Shown piece after piece: positions 59,122-64,000 of a stretch of DNA of 64,000 nucleotides. Below the pieces are notes generated by a model. That model was not told the origin of the DNA and ran no database searches. It worked only from the letters and a program-made list of their open reading frames with translations. The first letter of the stretch is position 1; the number at the start of each line of letters is the position of its first letter. The position numbers were made by a program, and so were the translations under genes. The stretch is from an uncultured delta proteobacterium (GTDB lineage Bacteria; Desulfobacterota; BSN033; UBA1163): contig CAWHBU010000003.1 of the NCBI GenBank assembly GCA_963827685.1, positions 192,001 through 256,000 of the forward strand, given 5' to 3'.

Positions 59122-59868
59122 CTACGGAACAAAAAGTTTATCGCTGAGATGAGCATTAATCCCATAGTCTTGAATAATGCTGACTTCAAGGGGCTTCCCC
59201 TCCAAATCATATCGCTCGATCCGGATGGGGAGCCAATTCCGTTTCGATATAATAATTCGATATTTCTCAGGATCTTTTCCCCCTATATAATCATAGCCCC
59301 ACAGCCAGAATCTTATTTGATCTTTATCTTCAGAGAATTCATCCGTCCCCTGCTTTACTTTTTCGAGATTCTTCAAAAGGAAATTGATGAAATAGTCCAT
59401 ATCCGTTTGGTTGATCCGTTGGCCGGCAGGCGTGAGGATGAGAGGATTGTCAATGGATAGTCGAAATTTCAGAGCATGTAAGGACCGAAGAGGGAGAACG
59501 GTGGCCTCTTTATCCCCTTCCTTGAAAAAGATGCTCAGGGATGAATAGGGGTAGGAAAAATCGACTCTGATCCTCTTTTCCCTCTTGAAGTAGAACTTGA
59601 ACCGGTAGCGCTGGTTCTCCTCCCCACCCTGATAGAAAATCTGTTCCACCTCACAGGTATAATCCTGCACGGATTTAAAGGCAGATTCCATTTTTTGAAC
59701 GACGGCAAGGACCCGATTTTCCTCTGCGCCTTCTGATAAGGGTAGAAAGCTTACCGCCATAAGAAGCGAGAAGGTCGATGTAAGCCATAACCCGCTAAGT
59801 CTGGATATTCTATTTGAAGACAAAATTTTCGTCAAATAGGTATGGGTTATCAAAATAGTCCTTCCCAA
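59122..59868 (-). CDS. LolA-like outer-membrane lipoprotein carrier/sorting protein
   Basis: DYTCEV, IRVDF, WLPIRIE, IN..LSDKLF; start uncertain. Confidence 0.65.
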   Translation of the reverse strand: MGRTILITHTYLTKILSSNRISRLSGLWLTSTFSLLMAVSFLPLSEGAEENRVLAVVQKMESAFKSVQDYTCEVEQIFYQGGEENQRYRFKFYFKREKRIRVDFSYPYSSLSIFFKEGDKEATVLPLRSLHALKFRLSIDNPLILTPAGQRINQTDMDYFINFLLKNLEKVKQGTDEFSEDKDQIRFWLWGYDYIGGKDPEKYRIIISKRNWLPIRIERYDLEGKPLEVSIIQDYGINAHLSDKLFVP

Positions 59869-61348
59869 TTAACTCAATGGCGTGGTGACCGCGTTGACGC
59901 ATGCTTCCAACGGATGGAATCCCCATTGAGAACAGAATAAACCGCTCCACCCTCTCCGAACCTTTGACAATTCCTTTGGAACTAAAAATGCTCTCCGCTC
60001 TTCCATTTTCGCGCGGAAGCGCCTCGAGGACATCATAGCGCACCAGTGCATAAGGAATTGGATCGGGAAATTCTTTTACAGCCATCAGGCGCTGCACTTG
60101 ATGCCAACCCGAGTTGATCCGGATTCCAAGGCGCTCTTCTGAGGGGATAGCTGGAAGCCATTCGGGCATAATAGGCTCAAAACTCAAAGGTCTGGATTGA
60201 ATCCGTTCGACGCGCGCCTTGTCAGGTGAGAAGAAATGGTAGCATCCGCAGTCGCTCACCACATCCACCATAAAGACCTTCCCCTCCCCGTCGAGGGACA
60301 CCCGAATTGTCAACCCATCCACGTGGCCCAGCTCGATAGAGGGTGACCTTTCCCCGGCTCGTTCCGAATACCAGATGACATAGTTGATCTGAAGGATGGG
60401 CTCTCCTTTCAGAAAGGCCTGGGAGGTATAATAATAGACAGTGGGTTTTTCCAGGTCGATGTCCACGCGATCGCCTTTCCATACAACCTGTCCCAGACGA
60501 TCATAGGCAGCCGCTACATCTTGAATAAAGACAGGGGCAAAGGACCAAACCAGCTTCTCCTCCTGGTCGCTATTTGGCAAGGGTACTCCCATCAGATTTT
60601 TCTTGGACTCTCCAAGGATCTCTCGAACTTCCTTTTCGGAGAGAGACGCTCGCTTCTCAGGGATAAACGTCGTGAGTTGCCCATCAATAGGGAGGTCTTT
60701 CAGATCTGTATCGAATCTTTTTCTGATTTTTTTTATCGATCGTTCTGTAAGCACTGCCACGGGTATCGCGACCAAAGGATAAAGGCCGACGGCTCTTCTT
60801 AGACAAGAATATTCACCCGGGACGTGTACAAGGGGGAAAAGTGTGCTGTAAAAATCCGATCGGACTTGCTCATGGCTCAGGAGCTTAGAAGAACAGGACT
60901 TCACCTGAGCATATAACCACTCTCGGTCTGCTTTTTTTCCATCCTCAAAATCTAAAGAAAGAATGGCTTTATCAGGAAGGTTACTGAGTTCCTTCTTCCT
61001 GGACAGGAGATCCAGCTCTTGCATCCAAAGGAGCCATTCTCCCTTCTGTCCGTCGTCTTTAAGGTCTTTCCTCAAGGAAGCAATGAAACGATTAGTCCGA
61101 AGATAAGGAAATCCAGGGATCGGCATACATGAAGCATCCTTCACGCCCGCGTCTTCGACAACTTCATCCAATCGGCTCAAAAAATCCCGGCACTGCTCAG
61201 GTTTTTCAAAGGAAAGGGGAGCTGGCTTGGCCAGAAATGGTGCGCAACCTAAGAAGAAAACGAATAGCGGGGCTACGAAGATAATACGGAATCGAGTAAT
61301 TTTCATAACCCTAACGATTGGCTTTGGATAAGTCAACCCTCTTACCAT
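59810..61348 (-). CDS. Hypothetical lipoprotein
   Basis: FFLGC lipobox; CGCYH motif; start may be ~61306. Confidence 0.7.
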   Translation of the reverse strand: MVRGLTYPKPIVRVMKITRFRIIFVAPLFVFFLGCAPFLAKPAPLSFEKPEQCRDFLSRLDEVVEDAGVKDASCMPIPGFPYLRTNRFIASLRKDLKDDGQKGEWLLWMQELDLLSRKKELSNLPDKAILSLDFEDGKKADREWLYAQVKSCSSKLLSHEQVRSDFYSTLFPLVHVPGEYSCLRRAVGLYPLVAIPVAVLTERSIKKIRKRFDTDLKDLPIDGQLTTFIPEKRASLSEKEVREILGESKKNLMGVPLPNSDQEEKLVWSFAPVFIQDVAAAYDRLGQVVWKGDRVDIDLEKPTVYYYTSQAFLKGEPILQINYVIWYSERAGERSPSIELGHVDGLTIRVSLDGEGKVFMVDVVSDCGCYHFFSPDKARVERIQSRPLSFEPIMPEWLPAIPSEERLGIRINSGWHQVQRLMAVKEFPDPIPYALVRYDVLEALPRENGRAESIFSSKGIVKGSERVERFILFSMGIPSVGSMRQRGHHAIELIGKDYFDNPYLFDENFVFK

Positions 61349-61668
61349 CCTCCCAGCAAATGAAGATGGAGATGAAAAATCACCTGGCCCCCACCCCGCT
61401 CCACATTAAAAACCAAACGATAACCTGACTCTGCGATGGAATGCTCTTTTGCCATCTCCTTTGCCTTGAAGACCATTTTGAAAATAATATCCTTGTCTTT
61501 CTCTTTTAGATCGTTGAGGCTTCGAATATGTTCTCTGGGAACAATCAGAACATGAATCGGGGCAAAGGGACGGATATCCTTAAATGCAACCAGAAACTCA
61601 TCTTGATATAAATAGTCGGCTGGTTTCTCTCCTTTTATGATTTTGCAGAAAGTACAATTTTTTTCCAT
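61342..61668 (-). CDS. Histidine triad (HIT) nucleotide-binding protein
   Basis: CTFCKI, FKDIRP, HLHLHLLGG. Confidence 0.93.
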   Translation of the reverse strand: MEKNCTFCKIIKGEKPADYLYQDEFLVAFKDIRPFAPIHVLIVPREHIRSLNDLKEKDKDIIFKMVFKAKEMAKEHSIAESGYRLVFNVERGGGQVIFHLHLHLLGGW

Positions 61669-61767
61669 AGAATCGGTGGCCGGATCACATACGGGAGCCT
61701 CAATGAATTATCTTTAATATGGATAGGGCGATATGTCAACAATGGATTTCATAAATAAATCTTATGG

Positions 61768-62505
61768 TTATAAGGAAATTTGGAAGAATAAGGAAGCATT
61801 GGCTGTCGTCTGTTCTGCTACAGCCGAGGGATCCAACCCCTTAAGCCGGGCCACCTCTTTCAAGGTGATCCGAACATCTTTGGGCCTGGATTCTCTTCCC
61901 TGATAGCTTACGGGTGTGTCTGTTTCCAGCAGAATCCTCTCTATGGGTGCCCGTTTGATTGCCGCTTGATGAGGAGGACTGTAAGCCAAGGCAGGAGTGG
62001 CAGAAATAAAATAGCCTGTCTTCAAGATCTCGTCTAATAGGCCGATGGGTCCGGAATACCAATGAAAGACGGTCCGTTTGATCTTCCTCTTTCTCACCAT
62101 CTCAAATGCTCGATGATGGGAATATCGGCAGTGGATAATCACCGGTTTGTTAGACTCAAGAGCGATACCCAGAAGCTCTCCAAAGACCTTCCACTGCAAC
62201 TCCTTTTTGACTTTGATTTTATAATCCAGCCCAATCTCACCTAAAGCTACCCCTTGCTCGACACGATTCCGGATGAAAGAAAGGTTCGCCTCCACCTCTT
62301 CTTGTCTAATCTCCCAGGGATGATAACCAAGAGCAGGATAGACATATTGAGTATTTGCCTCGGCGATCTTAAGAATCTTTTTATTCGACTCGATATCCAT
62401 TCCTACGGCGATGATACCCCGTACACCTGCTGCCTTGGCCTCATCAAGCGACTCAGAAAGGTCTTCCAGCTCTTCCAAGTGCGCATGGCAATCAACTAAG
62501 GACAT
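61768..62505 (-). CDS. TatD family hydrolase
   Basis: DCHAH, GYHP, GEIGLD, IHCR, FHWY, LETD. Confidence 0.92.
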   Translation of the reverse strand: MSLVDCHAHLEELEDLSESLDEAKAAGVRGIIAVGMDIESNKKILKIAEANTQYVYPALGYHPWEIRQEEVEANLSFIRNRVEQGVALGEIGLDYKIKVKKELQWKVFGELLGIALESNKPVIIHCRYSHHRAFEMVRKRKIKRTVFHWYSGPIGLLDEILKTGYFISATPALAYSPPHQAAIKRAPIERILLETDTPVSYQGRESRPKDVRITLKEVARLKGLDPSAVAEQTTANASLFFQISL

Positions 62506-62529
62506 CTTCCCTGATCTTTCCTTCCGCAT

Positions 62530-62592
62530 CTCACCCTCACCCCTGCCTGCCGGCAGGCAGGCTATCCCTCCCCTTTGGAGGAGAGAAGGTGT
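62530..62592. repeat. CCCTCACCC-type REP with an inserted 20-bp palindrome (62542-62561)
   Basis: ctcaccctcacc[cctgcctgccggcaggcagg]ctatccctcccc. Confidence 0.65.
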
Positions 62593-62801
62593 GAAAAAAT
62601 TGCTCCCGAGTGTAGACGGCGGGCATGGATGACGAAAAAGTTTTACAGCGGCACCTCTTCAGATTAACCGCTAACAATGAAAAAGTTTAACACATGTTGA
62701 GTACTTACTGGCTTTCGTTACCTTTGCCCTCTCAAATGATCGCATTTGTAAAACTTTGGAGATATCCTTACCCGGCCGGCTCCCACAATTTTTGCAGAGC
62801 T

Positions 62802-63998
62802 TCAAGGGCGGGCGGGGGGGTCGGAGTCGATATCGTAGCACCAGCAGAGCATTCCCCCATCAATATTCCTCACATTCTTAAACCCTTCGTGCTGAAGTTT
62901 GAGGCAGGCTTTGTAAGAACGAAGACCGGACTCACAGTGGACTGCAATCTCCTTTCCCTTGTCGAGTTCACCGAGACGCCTTCTCAATTCTCCGTAAGGG
63001 ACCCAGATCGTATTGGGAATTCGTTTCGCCTTCACTTCCTCTTCTTCCCTGACATCCAATACCTGAAAACTCTCCTTTGAACTTCGAAGCTTCTCTCTCA
63101 CCTCCGAAGCTTCAATCCCTTCTACCTTGCCTTCCAATTTGTTCATGAGCACATTCGCCCCCACGATGACCGGAGAAAGGGCTGGACTGAATGGAGGGGC
63201 ATAAGCGAGATCCACGGAGGCGAGCTGCTGACAGGTCATTCTGCCATGAAGCGCCATGGCCAGAATATCGATGAACTTATCCGATGGACCCTCTCCAACT
63301 GCCTGACCTCCCAGAATCCGGCCTGTTTCCTTATCAGCAATCACCTTTAAGGTTGATTCTTTTCCGCCCGGATAATAGTGGGCACGATCAAACCCTCTGA
63401 CGATGGCCTGAACGGGATGGAATCCTTCCTTCTCCGCCTCTCTCATGTTTAATCCCGTCTTGGCCACATTGAAATCAAAGGTCTTAAAGACTGCTGTTCC
63501 CATCACCCCCGGAAAGGTAGCATTTCCGCCGCAGACATTAACCCCAACCACTCTCCCCTGTTTATTTGCAGTAGACCCCAAGGGGATCCAAACTTTCTTC
63601 CCTGTTATGAGGTTCATCGTCTCTGCGCAATCGCCCGCCGCATAAACCCCTTCAGCACTCGTCTCCATCTTCTCGTTGACCCAGACCGCTCCGGTCTCAC
63701 CAATCTTTAGCCCTGCTTGCTCCGCCAGCTCAACCTGAGGACGAATCCCAAGACTCATCAAAACCCCATTCGCCTCCATTTCACGCGTTATGGTTTGAAC
63801 ATCAGTGACCTTCCCTTCTTTCCCTCTCAATGCTTTAATACCCTCTGAGGTAAAGATCTTCACCCCTTTCTTCTCCAGGTATTGTCGTAGAATGCCGGCA
63901 AAATCTTCATCGAAGAGCGTCAAAATTTGAGGAGCCAATTCAACAATCGTTACATTTTTACCTAAATGAACAAGCGATTCGGCCATCTCAAGTCCGAT
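62802..63998 (-). CDS. CoA-disulfide reductase / NADH oxidase fused to rhodanese (5'-partial)
   Basis: IGLEMAE, YAAGDCAE, ANKQGR, DLAYAPPF; rhodanese DVRE...HCESGLRS. Confidence 0.88.
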   Translation of the reverse strand: MGLEMAESLVHLGKNVTIVELAPQILTLFDEDFAGILRQYLEKKGVKIFTSEGIKALRGKEGKVTDVQTITREMEANGVLMSLGIRPQVELAEQAGLKIGETGAVWVNEKMETSAEGVYAAGDCAETMNLITGKKVWIPLGSTANKQGRVVGVNVCGGNATFPGVMGTAVFKTFDFNVAKTGLNMREAEKEGFHPVQAIVRGFDRAHYYPGGKESTLKVIADKETGRILGGQAVGEGPSDKFIDILAMALHGRMTCQQLASVDLAYAPPFSPALSPVIVGANVLMNKLEGKVEGIEASEVREKLRSSKESFQVLDVREEEEVKAKRIPNTIWVPYGELRRRLGELDKGKEIAVHCESGLRSYKACLKLQHEGFKNVRNIDGGMLCWCYDIDSDPPARP

Positions 63999-64000
63999 AT

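Overview
Chromosomal window from an anaerobic, probably Desulfobacterota (deltaproteobacterial)-like genome; the taxonomy is inferred from gene content only. Left part (1-15.5 kb): hdrA-like gene, cobO, and a long B12-dependent acyl-CoA mutase cluster with two mutase large/small pairs of different active-site signature, a Cys-less thiolase-like protein with a DUF35 partner, an acyl-CoA dehydrogenase, meaB, a carboxyltransferase and an epimerase. Most intergenic gaps there hold heptamer-periodic inverted repeats or nested palindromic elements. Middle: a UxxC thioredoxin-TPR selenoprotein missed by the ORF track, tatAABC, dedA-family genes, pcnB, two LIV-type ABC transporters separated by gene remnants, a paaK-like ligase, a sigma54-preceded trio of uncharacterised genes, and a TRAP + 2-oxoacid oxidoreductase + GntR + larA-family locus. 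At 49.85-57.06 kb lies a minus-strand integron cassette array: 9 cassettes, 7 uninterrupted attC sites, one attC split by a 304-bp MITE and one replaced by a MITE end. It has an attI-like site and a consensus sigma70 promoter, but no integrase is present in the window. Five cassettes carry PD-(D/E)XK-like nuclease motifs. Right end: Mo-oxidoreductase, hydrolase, LolA-like, HIT, TatD and a CoA-disulfide reductase-rhodanese gene. Family calls come from motif recognition by eye; no database search was run.
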